A stretch of 64,000 bases of DNA from Myxococcota bacterium (GTDB lineage Bacteria > Myxococcota_A > UBA9160 > JAFDDA01). Of the stretch, positions 42,042 through 51,383 are shown one piece after another. Position 1 is the stretch's first letter. The number at the start of each line of letters is the position of its first letter. The notes under the pieces are model-generated. The model saw only the letters and a program-made list of their open reading frames with translations. It did no database searches and had not been told where the DNA came from. Both the position numbers and the translations under genes were made by a program. Location of the stretch: contig OZ245817.1 in assembly GCA_965228475.1 (NCBI GenBank), positions 4,320,001-4,384,000 of the forward strand. Direction: 5' to 3'.

Positions 42042-42467
42042 GGCACGCTCTTCACGCGATGAGCCCACTAGCAAAGAGCCCGCGAGGCAGGACCCGCTCG
42101 TGAAGGCTGCACCAACGAGCTGCTCGAGGCGCTCGAAGAGCCCCGGCGGTTCCGCCCAGTAGACGGAGGTGAAGGCGAGGACGACGTAGAGCACCGCAGG
42201 CACGAGGACCCACCTCCTTGGGTGCGTAGACTCGACGAGGTATGCGGTGAGACCACCAACGCCGATTGCAATGACGGCCTCGGGAAGACCTAGGACGATC
42301 GGGGAGAGCAAGGCGAACGAGAGCTCACTCTTGTACGTGATGCCCTCGACGAGGCGAGCCCAAGGCATCGAAAGCCAGAACATGGCCCACCGCGAGAGAA
42401 GACACGCGCCGACACCGACAAGAACGTTCCTTGCATGGACGCGACTGACTACCACCGCGATGCCCAA
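42036..42467 (-). CDS. Cassette: membrane protein
   Basis: Hydrophobic ORF filling the inter-attC space. Confidence 0.65.
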   Translation of the reverse strand: MGIAVVVSRVHARNVLVGVGACLLSRWAMFWLSMPWARLVEGITYKSELSFALLSPIVLGLPEAVIAIGVGGLTAYLVESTHPRRWVLVPAVLYVVLAFTSVYWAEPPGLFERLEQLVGAAFTSGSCLAGSLLVGSSREERAA

Positions 42468-42596
42468 CGGAATGGGCGCTCAGCTGCCACCAACACGCTG
42501 ACCGCCAGCGGCGCGGCAACCCCGTCCCAGTGCCGGAAGGCTACCAGACTTGGTTCGAACCCGGTGTTGGTGGTCAGCTGCAGCGCCTTGTTGGGC
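42462..42596 (-). repeat. attC, divergent type
   Basis: gcccaac...cagctg/cagctg...gttgggc. Confidence 0.85.
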
Positions 42597-42749
42597 AGCA
42601 TGCGCAACCACGGTCTCAGCCGATCGCACTTGAGAATGCGAGGCCCCACCGCCACGATTCAACGACGGCTTTGCGCCGTTGGCAGGCGCTCGACTTCAAG
42701 CATCTCGGCAAGTAGCTTGAGTGCGATGACCGAGCTCGGCAAGTCTCCG

Positions 42750-43268
42750 ATGGTTGGCAACCGCATTGTCGTTACCGGCATGGCCGGTGCAGGCAAGAGT
42801 ACTTTCTCGCGGACGCTGTCGACGAAGACTGGCCTTCCGGTCATCCATCTCGACCTCCATAGCTGGAATCCAGGCTGGCTTCGGGTGCCCCAGGGCGAGT
42901 TCCTCGAGAAACAACGAGTCCGGCTTGCTGGGGATCGGTGGATCGTCGACAGCAACGACGTCGATGACGACCTCCTGGTCGAGCGCGCAGACACACTCGT
43001 GATCCTCTCCACGCCTTGGTGGATCTGCTCGTGGCGGGCTTTCAGGCGCGGACTACGGAGACCTCGTGGTGCTCAACTGCCCGACGGTTGCGACGAATCG
43101 CTCTCGCAGCGGCTCCGAGATGAATGGGGAATCGTATGGCGCAACTGGCGGAACCGGAAGACAGTGCCCGAACGTGACCGTGCTCTTGCCTCGCACTGCC
43201 GTGGGTTCATGCAGGTCCACGTCTTGAGTTCGAAGCGAGAGGCGGCCGACTTCGCGGAATGTATCTGA
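42750..43268 (+). CDS. Cassette (inverted): adenylate kinase-like / FlaR-like P-loop protein
   Basis: RIVVTGMAGAGKST, LPVIHLD, WNPGW. Confidence 0.8.
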   Translation: MVGNRIVVTGMAGAGKSTFSRTLSTKTGLPVIHLDLHSWNPGWLRVPQGEFLEKQRVRLAGDRWIVDSNDVDDDLLVERADTLVILSTPWWICSWRAFRRGLRRPRGAQLPDGCDESLSQRLRDEWGIVWRNWRNRKTVPERDRALASHCRGFMQVHVLSSKREAADFAECI

Positions 43269-43319
43269 GGGGCGGCGTTGGGCCGAGAACGGACGGGCGC
43301 AGAATGAACTCTCGATGCT

Positions 43320-43454
43320 GCCGAACGGATCAGGTCTTCAGCTGCGCCCAACAGCGCTGACCGCCAACGCCGGGGCACGACGTCCGCCGCCAGGATGGCA
43401 CCACGAAGCGATCGGAGCGAGCTGCTGGGCGTCCGGTTCAACCGCCTGTCAGGC
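43320..43454 (-). repeat. attC, divergent/degenerate
   Basis: gccgaacggatcaggtcttcagc...gtcaggc. Confidence 0.7.
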
Positions 43455-44207
43455 CGCCGGATCCGATGGCTCGCCCGCGGGAGTCGCATCCGGTGGCGAA
43501 ACAGTCAGAACGATCTTGCCGGACTCGGAGGCGGTTTGGAGAAGGCGCAGCTGGAAGAGGCCCGGGTTCTTGTCAAAGACTCGCGCCGCGTTTGCCAAGC
43601 TCCGAAGTGCGGCGGTCTCTCCGCGTGCTCGCTCGAGGCCCGCCTGCGCTTCCTGCCTGGCACGGGCGGTTTGCGAGAACGCCTCTTTGAGAGACCCCGG
43701 GAACATGATGTCCTTGATCGAAATCGATCGAAGTTCGAGACCCAGCGCCCTCGCCGAAGGTTCGACCTCGACTTGGAGCCTCGCAGAGAGGTCGGCGCGA
43801 GACTGGAGGATTTCTTCGATCGGCTTCTCGCCAATGGCGCCCCGAAGGGCCGCCTGTGCCTTGGCGTAGAGCGATTCCTCGTAGCTGGCAGATTCCAAGG
43901 TGGCTGCCTTCGGGTCCGAGACCCGAACTTCAAGGAGTAGACTCACTTTCAGTGAGACGCCATCCGACGACAGCAGTTCTTGGCCCGGAATCGTGATGAT
44001 CCGGGGCCGCGCCTCAAGGAGCTGTATGGAGGTCAGGGGCACGAAGGTCCAGTAGCTACCCGGGGAAAGGACCCCTGCGAACTTTCCTCGGACGAAGCGG
44101 ACCGCATGTTGGTACTCGAAGACGGTAATGCGGCGGATGACCATCGAGAAGCCCGCGAGAAAGATGGCGAGCAACAGCGCGAATCCGAGAAAGCTCCAGA
44201 AGGTCAT
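43449..44207 (-). CDS. SPFH/band 7 (slipin-like) protein
   Basis: GQELLSSDGVSLKVS, IKDIMFPG, ERARGETAALRSLANAAR; AGGAG RBS. Confidence 0.88.
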   Translation of the reverse strand: MTFWSFLGFALLLAIFLAGFSMVIRRITVFEYQHAVRFVRGKFAGVLSPGSYWTFVPLTSIQLLEARPRIITIPGQELLSSDGVSLKVSLLLEVRVSDPKAATLESASYEESLYAKAQAALRGAIGEKPIEEILQSRADLSARLQVEVEPSARALGLELRSISIKDIMFPGSLKEAFSQTARARQEAQAGLERARGETAALRSLANAARVFDKNPGLFQLRLLQTASESGKIVLTVSPPDATPAGEPSDPAA

Positions 44208-44434
44208 ACGTGAATCTCCTCGGACCGAGCCTCAAGGGGGCGCAGACTGGAGGCGGGAACCCGAAGCTCACAAGGCCCCCAAAACTGCTGCGTTGCCGCT
44301 GCCCCCCTGAGACCGGCTTTTGGGATTCGAACCCGAGGCTTTCGCCCACCCGAGGGAGGGCAATGCACGGAACGCGGCATGAGATTCATGATGCGCCGCT
44401 GCCGTCTCCCAGACGGGATAATACCAAGGAGTTC

Positions 44435-44536
44435 AGGGCGCTGACACTCAGCGCTGCACCGCCGTGATTGAGGCCAGGATCCTGCCACGACACTTCGGGA
44501 GAGCCCTTGGCGCCGGCTTCAAGGCCTTGGCTGAGC
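44435..44536 (-). repeat. Truncated attC (main family)
   Basis: Matches from agggcgctgacactcagc onward; L'/R' end missing. Confidence 0.75.
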
Positions 44537-44547
44537 GGCGATGCAGC

Positions 44548-45063
44548 CTATCCGCGCGGAGCGTGCCGAGAGCGCTGCTGCGAGCCCAACCACCGCGCGA
44601 TCGCGGGTGCGTGGAAGGTGAGGACGTAGCCAATGAGGAGCTCAGCAACCGCCGAGACTCGATACGGCCATACAGTTGAGGGATCCGGATCTGGGCCGGG
44701 CTCTACGTTTCCCACGATCCAATCCGCCGAGAGGTACGCCAGATAGAGAAAGCCCGAGACGAAGTAGAACAAGCCGACGAGCGTCACGACGTTCTCGAGT
44801 GTGAGATAGCTCGACTCGTCGGAGCGCTCAGCCCTTGGCGGGCGCCCGAACAACGAAGCGGCAAGTGAGTACCGCCCGAAGATCAACGAGAACCCGATGC
44901 CAAGGGACGCGAGTAGCGGACCCAGGGTGACGAACAACCCGAACGCACCGATCGGCCCATGGACAACCTGCATGAAGAAGAAGCTCGCCAGGGAGATCGA
45001 CTTGTACAGAAGGAAGAAGCCACACAGGGAGATCGCGACGACACCGAGGTCATATCGATGCAA
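44548..45063 (-). CDS. Cassette: membrane protein
   Basis: Four TM helices, GGAGG RBS. Confidence 0.7.
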   Translation of the reverse strand: MHRYDLGVVAISLCGFFLLYKSISLASFFFMQVVHGPIGAFGLFVTLGPLLASLGIGFSLIFGRYSLAASLFGRPPRAERSDESSYLTLENVVTLVGLFYFVSGFLYLAYLSADWIVGNVEPGPDPDPSTVWPYRVSAVAELLIGYVLTFHAPAIARWLGSQQRSRHAPRG

Positions 45064-45083
45064 GTCACCTCCTCACCTTCGCC

Positions 45084-45215
45084 GCCCAACGGATCAGGCC
45101 TTCAGCAGCGCCGAGGGGCTGACACTCAGCGCTGCACCACCACGACCGACGCCAGGATCCTACCACGGCACTTTGTACCCGAGCCGATGGCGGCCGCTGC
45201 AAGGCCCTACTAGAC
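45084..45215 (-). repeat. attC (main family, degenerate R'')
   Basis: gcccaacggatcagg...aaggccctactagac. Confidence 0.85.
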
Positions 45216-45668
45216 AGCCGGCCAACCAACCGGCCACTCCTCTATGTCTCGGAGCTCTGATGTGTAGGCAGCCTCGTTCGTCGCGACCTTGCTCTGGCAG
45301 TGAATCGCGCAGCGATGCATGGTATCGGTTCGGACTGACCGTCCGTCATTGAAGTACTGCTCGTTCGTCGTCCGATCCTGCCATCGAATCTCGCTAAACG
45401 AGAGCCTCGCCTCTAACGAGGCCTGAGTAAGGGCAGCTATCGGGATTCGGTTTGCCTCGAGATCCTCGAGAAGCCACAAGCGAAGCTCCTCCGCGATGGA
45501 GAGCTTAGGAATTGACCTACCCTCGAACGCACAGCTCCCAGACAGCACGTCCACCCGGATCGTGCCCGAGCCCAGCTCGACGAGTCGAGGCTTGGAACTG
45601 ATGAGACGCCAGCCACAGAACATGTGGCAGATGGTGTCTGCAGTGTGTTGGAGTCGTTTCCTTCGCAT
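45210..45668 (-). CDS. Cassette: hypothetical protein
   Basis: ORF fills cassette. Confidence 0.7.
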   Translation of the reverse strand: MRRKRLQHTADTICHMFCGWRLISSKPRLVELGSGTIRVDVLSGSCAFEGRSIPKLSIAEELRLWLLEDLEANRIPIAALTQASLEARLSFSEIRWQDRTTNEQYFNDGRSVRTDTMHRCAIHCQSKVATNEAAYTSELRDIEEWPVGWPAV

Positions 45669-45684
45669 CGGGTCTCGCCCGGCG

Positions 45685-45814
45685 GCCTAACGGATACGGC
45701 GCTCAGCTGCAGCCACGGCCATGAAGTTCAGCGGAGTGCCTAAGTGGAACCCAAATAGTACCAGGGTCCGATTGGACGGAGCTATTGGCTGTCAGCTACA
45801 GCACCTTGTTGGGC
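45685..45814 (-). repeat. attC, divergent type
   Basis: gcctaacggatacggcgctcagctg...cagctacagcaccttgttgggc. Confidence 0.85.
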
Positions 45815-45821
45815 GGCCGCT

Positions 45822-46313
45822 TTACTTGGGCGGATGAAAGCCAACCCGCCGCGCTACGGATCGAGGGCTTCGGAACAGAAAGATACCGATCGCGATGCCC
45901 ACCACCCCGGAGACCAGAGATCTGACGGATACAGCGGTCATATACCCGTGAAGATCGCTGGAGAGGACATTCATTAGGAGCGAAACGATGCCGACTGCGA
46001 GTGATATTCCAGAAGACACGAGTAGCCAGAGCCCTGCAATCGCAATGCCCGCGACGACCAGGGACTCCGTAGAGAGCTCCCCAGGGCCGGCGCTGGGAAA
46101 AGCACGGCGTGCTAGCTGCTCGTTCCTGACGACCAGATAGAGTCCAGGCACTGCCACGACAATCGCAACTACGACTGACCCACCGATCTGGAAGAAGAGC
46201 ATTTCGGAGTTCGAGCTTGTGTACTGGAACGCAGAACTGAGCGCAGAGAACACTCCCGACAAGGTGACATGCAGACCCACAAGAATGAAGCCGAGTCTCG
46301 CAGTATCGAACAC
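45822..46313 (-). CDS. Cassette: membrane protein
   Basis: Four TM helices. Confidence 0.7.
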   Translation of the reverse strand: MFDTARLGFILVGLHVTLSGVFSALSSAFQYTSSNSEMLFFQIGGSVVVAIVVAVPGLYLVVRNEQLARRAFPSAGPGELSTESLVVAGIAIAGLWLLVSSGISLAVGIVSLLMNVLSSDLHGYMTAVSVRSLVSGVVGIAIGIFLFRSPRSVARRVGFHPPK

Positions 46314-46319
46314 CGAGCC

Positions 46320-46453
46320 GCCTAACGGATCAGGCCTTCAGCGGCGCCGAGGGCGCTGACTCTCAACGCCGCACTACCGAGACCGACGCCAGAATCCTAC
46401 CACGCAGCGATTGGGCAGACGCCCTTGGCGTCTGCTGCAAGGCCTTGTTAGGC
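46320..46453 (-). repeat. attC (main family)
   Basis: gcctaac...gttaggc. Confidence 0.93.
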
Positions 46454-46474
46454 GGCGGATGGGCCAAGCAACGA

Positions 46475-47029
46475 TCACGACAGGTCTGGCATTCCGGCGG
46501 CGATGTTCCAAGCGGCGATCGCAGCTCCTGCCAGCAGCAGAACCGCATGCGTACCCGAGTGAGGCGAAGCTGCGAGAACGAGAGCTCCCCCCGCCGTGAC
46601 AGCGCTGGGAAGGTTCTTGGTCACGAGCAGCGGGTCGCCGAAGGCCAGAGACGGCCCAACCATCGATGTAGTTGCGCTGGCGGCGACGATGCCAAAGAGA
46701 ACACGGTGTCGGTCGAAGTAGTGACTTCGGAGGTCCGTGCCACCAGGCGGAGGAAAAGCGAGGTGTGCAAGGACGTAGAGCAAAACGGGACTCGCCAGGA
46801 TGAGGAGCAGCTGGCCAAAACCCCAGACCGCATGCGAACGAAGCTCCCACGCGTGCCACCAGACCTGGATCAATGTCAGGAGTATCAGGCTCGCGAGGAG
46901 CAGCGGCTGCCAAGCGGCTACCGTTACCTGCCGTTCCAGCACCGCATGGGAGAGTCCGGACAGGATCTTGGCCACGCCTAGGCCGACGACGATCGACTCC
47001 AGGACCATGATGAACTCGAAGAGCGACAC
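46475..47029 (-). CDS. Cassette: membrane protein (family of 34638-35195)
   Basis: MSLFEFIMVLESIVVGLG...LRSHYF. Confidence 0.75.
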   Translation of the reverse strand: MSLFEFIMVLESIVVGLGVAKILSGLSHAVLERQVTVAAWQPLLLASLILLTLIQVWWHAWELRSHAVWGFGQLLLILASPVLLYVLAHLAFPPPGGTDLRSHYFDRHRVLFGIVAASATTSMVGPSLAFGDPLLVTKNLPSAVTAGGALVLAASPHSGTHAVLLLAGAAIAAWNIAAGMPDLS

Positions 47030-47038
47030 AGCTCCGCC

Positions 47039-47171
47039 GCCTAACGGATCAGGCCTTCAGCGGCGCCGAGGGCGCTGACAATCAGCGCTGCACCACTGCG
47101 GCCGACGCCAGAATCCTACCACGCCACTTTGGGCCCGAGCCCTTGGCGTCCACTGTAAGGCCTTGTTAGGC
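47039..47171 (-). repeat. attC (main family)
   Basis: gcctaac...gttaggc. Confidence 0.93.
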
Positions 47172-47612
47172 GGCTGCCCCCCGAAGTTCAAAGAAAGCCA
47201 AGACCGCAATGAATGCCAGAATGCCTCTCCCAAAGGCGAGGTATGCGGCCGCTGACAAAGCGACAAGCCAAGGCGGCGGCTCCTCTCCCGACTCGCCGAA
47301 TCCTGAGGCGAACCCTTCGGCGAAGTCGCGGGCGGGCCGCAGCCCTGTGTAGATGAGCGATACGGCAAGCGGGATCCCCGCCCAGGCGCGCCCCGCGCAG
47401 AGCAGTAGGGCGAGCCCGGCGTGGAGAATGAACCTTGCAGCGATTCCGAACTTCACGCCCATTGCTCGGCCTCGAGCACGGGGCGAATCGTCCTCGGGTT
47501 GGACCAATGGGAGCGCCGTGAGCCCCGGCGCCTCGACCAACGCGACAACGAGAAAGAGAGCAACGAGCCACAGCGGCGCGCCCCAGATCTCCCACCCGAT
47601 GGTTTCGGTCAC
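47166..47612 (-). CDS. Cassette: membrane protein
   Basis: Stop TAA lies inside R''. Confidence 0.7.
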   Translation of the reverse strand: MTETIGWEIWGAPLWLVALFLVVALVEAPGLTALPLVQPEDDSPRARGRAMGVKFGIAARFILHAGLALLLCAGRAWAGIPLAVSLIYTGLRPARDFAEGFASGFGESGEEPPPWLVALSAAAYLAFGRGILAFIAVLAFFELRGAAA

Positions 47613-47619
47613 CGAGGCC

Positions 47620-47752
47620 GCCTAACGGATCAGGCCTTCAGCGGCGCCAAGGGCGCTGACTCTCAGCGCTGCACCACCGCGGCCGACGCCAGAATCCTAC
47701 CACGGCACTTTGAGCCCGAGCCCTTGGCGTCCGCTGCAAGGCCTTGTTAGGC
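47620..47752 (-). repeat. attC (main family)
   Basis: gcctaac...gttaggc. Confidence 0.93.
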
Positions 47753-48148
47753 GGCTGGCTGGGCTGAGGCTCTCGCAGCCAATAGACGAGAAATCGTTGC
47801 AGCTACCGGAGCGACTGCGGAGGCAAGGAGCGCCCAGTGAGACAACGTAAGGTCACTTGGGCCGAGCAACCCAAGGTTGGAAGTGAATATCGGAATGTCC
47901 CGGATCGCTACGAGAACAAATACGACAATGAATGCCGCAAACAACAGGCGCCCATCTGAGCGAGCAATTGCCACACTCAGGCTCAGCTGGATACAAACAG
48001 ATACGACCGAGATTCCGACGATGAGGTCTGGAAATCCGAGAGCGCGAAAGGAGAGCACTCGGCAGAACTCGTTCGCAGCTGCCAGCGCACCCGCAGCGGA
48101 TGCAACGAGCCGCACCTTGTGACCGTAGTTGTGCCCCGCGGTGCTCAC
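47747..48148 (-). CDS. Cassette: membrane protein
   Basis: Stop TAA lies inside R''. Confidence 0.65.
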   Translation of the reverse strand: MSTAGHNYGHKVRLVASAAGALAAANEFCRVLSFRALGFPDLIVGISVVSVCIQLSLSVAIARSDGRLLFAAFIVVFVLVAIRDIPIFTSNLGLLGPSDLTLSHWALLASAVAPVAATISRLLAARASAQPAA

Positions 48149-48157
48149 GGCAAAGCT

Positions 48158-48291
48158 GCCTAACGGATCAGGCCTTCAGCAGCGCCGAGGGCGCTGACTC
48201 TCAACGCCGCGCCACCGAGACCGACGCCAGAATCCTACCACGCAGCAATTGGGCACGAGCCCTTGGCGTCTGCTGTAAGGCCTTGTTAGGC
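48158..48291 (-). repeat. attC (main family)
   Basis: gcctaac...gttaggc. Confidence 0.93.
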
Positions 48292-48297
48292 GGCTGG

Positions 48298-48645
48298 CTA
48301 GCTGGAAGGAAACCGTAGTTGCGAGAAAGCTCGTTCTTGGAATACCAAAACGAGACTCCGAGCGAACTGGAGCGCTTGGTGCTCTACAGCGCTCCGATCA
48401 AGCAAGTCGAGCTCCTGCTTTAGTTCGGAGACGAGGACGCGACTCGGCCTACCCAACTCGCTGAGGCTGGCATCCAGCCGCACCGAGAGAGTGTCTAGCC
48501 GGGCGGGAGTTGGGCCACCCGGATCGACTACGAGATGAGCGGATAGATGGGCCAGAGATTTGAGTAAGGCGCGGACCTTCGCGTTGAACTCAAGCTGTCT
48601 CAGTTCGGCAAGAGTCCTGGGTGGGAACCTCCTGAAGTCACACAC
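48298..48645 (-). CDS. Cassette: hypothetical protein
   Basis: ORF fills cassette. Confidence 0.55.
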   Translation of the reverse strand: MCDFRRFPPRTLAELRQLEFNAKVRALLKSLAHLSAHLVVDPGGPTPARLDTLSVRLDASLSELGRPSRVLVSELKQELDLLDRSAVEHQALQFARSLVLVFQERAFSQLRFPSS

Positions 48646-48654
48646 CGAGTTGCC

Positions 48655-48788
48655 GCCTAACGGATCAGGCCTTCAGCAGCGCCGAGGGCGCTGAACCTCA
48701 ACGCCGCACTACCGAGACCGACGCCAGAATCCTACCACGCTGCCTTTGGGCAGACGCCCTTGGCGTCTGCTGCAAGGCCTTGTTAGGC
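48655..48788 (-). repeat. attC (main family)
   Basis: gcctaac...gttaggc. Confidence 0.93.
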
Positions 48789-49146
48789 GGCGGCTAACGT
48801 TCTCACTGCAAGAGGCGCGACGAAATAGGATTCTTGAACACGAAGCCGAGTGAGCCACCCGACCAGGGCTCAAACGAACACGACGTAGCGCGACGTAGGA
48901 CCCTCAGAGCCCGATGCCGCGCCCAGCCGAAGGAGCCGCAGCGAAGCCAGGCACCCCGAAGCCTGCCCCCCGAGGAGCCGGAGTGATTGCCTGCCGGAAC
49001 CGGTGCACGCCACCGAGCCGTGGAGCCGAGAACCCTGGAACGAGCCCGGCTCGAGGTAGCGCCTCACCATGAGCTCGCTGAAACCAGAAAGAAGAACGCT
49101 TCGGAAAGGCGAGCTGCACCTGGCTGAGGAAACCTGCAGGCAAGCC
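48789..49146. other. ORF-less cassette, family A copy 1
   Basis: No cassette-filling ORF; near-identical to 54306-54663. Confidence 0.75.
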
Positions 49147-49280
49147 GCCTAACGGATCAGGCCTTCAGCGGCGCCAAGGGCGCTGACACTCAGCGCTGCG
49201 CCACCGTGGCCGACGCCAGAATCCTACCACGCCGCATTTGGGCAGGAGCCCTTGGCGTCCGCTGCAAGGCCTTGTTGGGC
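49147..49280 (-). repeat. attC (main family)
   Basis: gcctaac...gttgggc. Confidence 0.93.
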
Positions 49281-49297
49281 GGCGGGCTACCGCGAAG

Positions 49298-49543
49298 CTA
49301 GCCGCGGGGAGAACCAGTTGCAGCAGCTAGACGATCTCGCGCAGCTGCCAGAAGGTCTTGGTACTCGGGCTGGAGGGGTTGCACGAGGAGGCGTTCAAAC
49401 GCTGCGCAGAGATTCCAGAGCGCAGCTCTCTCTGCACCGTGCTCTACGGTGAGCGCGTCCTGCTCTGTGAACCTCGATACGAACTCGAAGAGGACCAGCG
49501 CTTCATCCTCGGTGAATCGGATCTCGACTTCACCCTGGGACAT
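49298..49543 (-). CDS. Cassette: small hypothetical protein
   Basis: DEALVLFEFVSRF...AERAALWNL; RBS present. Confidence 0.75.
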   Translation of the reverse strand: MSQGEVEIRFTEDEALVLFEFVSRFTEQDALTVEHGAERAALWNLCAAFERLLVQPLQPEYQDLLAAARDRLAAATGSPRG

Positions 49544-49563
49544 GATTTTCCCTTCGCGCCGCC

Positions 49564-49697
49564 GCCCAACGGATCAGGCCTTCAGCAGCGCCGAGGGCGC
49601 TGACTCTCAACGCCGCACCACCGAGACCGACGCCAGAATCCTACCACGCAGCGTTTGGGCATGAGACCTTGGCGTCTGCTGGAAGGCCTTGTTAGGC
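49564..49697 (-). repeat. attC (main family)
   Basis: gcccaac...gttaggc. Confidence 0.93.
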
Positions 49698-50026
49698 GGC
49701 GGCTAACGTTCTCACTGCAAAGAGGCGCTGGATGCGCCTACACAATGACGCGCCGCTAACGGCTGCGACCTATCGTGACGCAACTCCCGCGCGCTTTGAC
49801 TGCCCACCCGAAGAAACCGGACCGACGCCAGACACCCCGGAGGTCGCCCCCGAGGAGCCGGCGTGATTGCCGGCCGGAACCGGTGCACGCTACCGAGCTG
49901 TGCAGCCGAGAACCCTGGAACGAGTTCGGCTCGAGGCAGCGCCTCACCATGGGCTCGCTGAAACCAGAAAGAAGAACGCTTCAGAAAGGCAAGCAGTAAC
50001 TGGCCGAGGGAACTTGCGGGCAAGCC
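49698..50026. other. ORF-less cassette, family A copy 2 (variant)
   Basis: Shares both ends with copy 1, different middle. Confidence 0.65.
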
Positions 50027-50160
50027 GCCTAACGGATCAGGCCTTCAGCAGCGCCGAGGGCGCTGGCTCTCAACGCTGCGCTACCGAGGCCGACGCCAGA
50101 ATCCTACCACGCAGCAATTGGGCACGAGCCCTTGGCGTCTGCTGGAAGGCCTTGTTAGGC
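50027..50160 (-). repeat. attC (main family)
   Basis: gcctaac...gttaggc. Confidence 0.93.
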
Positions 50161-50168
50161 GGCGGGCT

Positions 50169-50675
50169 CTAGCGGTTCTTGTCTTGGTTTTGATGGTTGA
50201 GGCTGCGAACGCCTGCCCGCGCGATTCCTCTCGCTACAGGCCCGCCACGTTGCTCAAGGTCTCGAAACGCGGCCCTGGCCACAACCTCATCAGGGGGCCC
50301 AGCGAAAGTCACTCTGAGCTCCGAATCCTCAGGAATATCGAACTCACCGAGGGCCGACTTGGCAGCATCGAGGACGGGCTCGAGACGCGCCATGGTTATG
50401 GACTCGAGCTTCTTCTTCTTGGGCGGGCTGGTGTGTGACTCTACGACTAGGTCAAAGACACCGTGAGAGACTCGCTCTCGCCGGAAGGAAAGAACATGCC
50501 GCCTCCGTGAATAGACTTGCATGTTCATACAATGAGACTGCTCGCTCAGAAGAGTCTCGAAGAAGACTCCCAGAGAGTCGGGACCCTCACATCGATGGCG
50601 AATAGGTTTGCCCAGCCACCACCACGTGATGGCGGCCATCAAGAAGACAGCTCCAATTGAGGCGAGCCACGTCAT
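50169..50675 (-). CDS. Cassette: hypothetical protein with N-terminal TM helix
   Basis: ORF fills cassette. Confidence 0.65.
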   Translation of the reverse strand: MTWLASIGAVFLMAAITWWWLGKPIRHRCEGPDSLGVFFETLLSEQSHCMNMQVYSRRRHVLSFRRERVSHGVFDLVVESHTSPPKKKKLESITMARLEPVLDAAKSALGEFDIPEDSELRVTFAGPPDEVVARAAFRDLEQRGGPVARGIARAGVRSLNHQNQDKNR

Positions 50676-50682
50676 TCACGCC

Positions 50683-50816
50683 GCCTAACGGATCAGGCCT
50701 TCAGCAGCGCCAAGGGCGCTGACCTTCAACGCCGCACTACCGAGACCGACGCCAGAATCCTACCACGCAACATTTGGGCACGAGCCCTTGGCGTCTGCTG
50801 ATAGGCCTTGTTAGGC
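50683..50816 (-). repeat. attC (main family)
   Basis: gcctaac...gttaggc. Confidence 0.93.
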
Positions 50817-50823
50817 GGCGCGG

Positions 50824-51227
50824 CTATGACCATGAGCCAAACCAAGCCTTGTGAAACTCGAATTGCTCGGCGACCGTGCCTGGTACAACGTCAGGTCCGG
50901 TCTCGAAGATGTCCTTAGACACTCCGCCCGGCTCACCCATAGTGTTGACGTAGGCCTTCAGACCTCTCCCCATGTCGCGGGACATCGCCGAAGGCCAGAC
51001 GTTCTTGGCAGCTCCATAGCAGAGCAGTCTGTGCCCGGACGTTTCGATCGGCCTGCGAGCCCGTTGCAAGGACGCAAAGAAGTCTGACTCTGAGCCGCAC
51101 CGGTGATCTCACCGAAGCGAATGACAACGTTGCATGCAAAGCCAGCGGACCACCACTCCAGCCGAGCGCTCCCGGCGGATGAGTCGGCGCAGAGTACCGG
51201 CACCGTGGTGCGCTTTCGTTCACTCAC
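50824..51227 (-). pseudogene. Cassette: frameshifted hypothetical gene
   Basis: N-terminal part (MSERKR...RFGEIT) and C-terminal part (SDFFASLQR...CYGAAKNVWPS) are in different frames, switching near 51100. Confidence 0.65.
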
Positions 51228-51242
51228 CGCGTTCGACGCGCC

Positions 51243-51375
51243 GCCTAACGGATCAGGCCTTCAGCAGCGCCGAGGGCGCTGACTCTCAACGCCGCACTAC
51301 CGAGACCGACGCCAGAATCCTACCACGCCACTTTGGGCCCGAGCCCTTGGCGTCTGCTGTAGGGCCTTGTTGGGC
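51243..51375 (-). repeat. attC (main family)
   Basis: gcctaac...gttgggc. Confidence 0.93.
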
Positions 51376-51383
51376 GGCGGGCC

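Noticed and set aside
44290..44360. A true tRNA gene at the GGTTCGAATCC motif
   Set aside because: No acceptor, D or anticodon arms could be built; kept only as a structured leader candidate
48870..49070. Short ORF MVRRYLEPG... recurring in family A cassettes
   Set aside because: Does not fill the cassette, differences between variants include many amino-acid changes and the C-termini diverge; cannot be fully excluded
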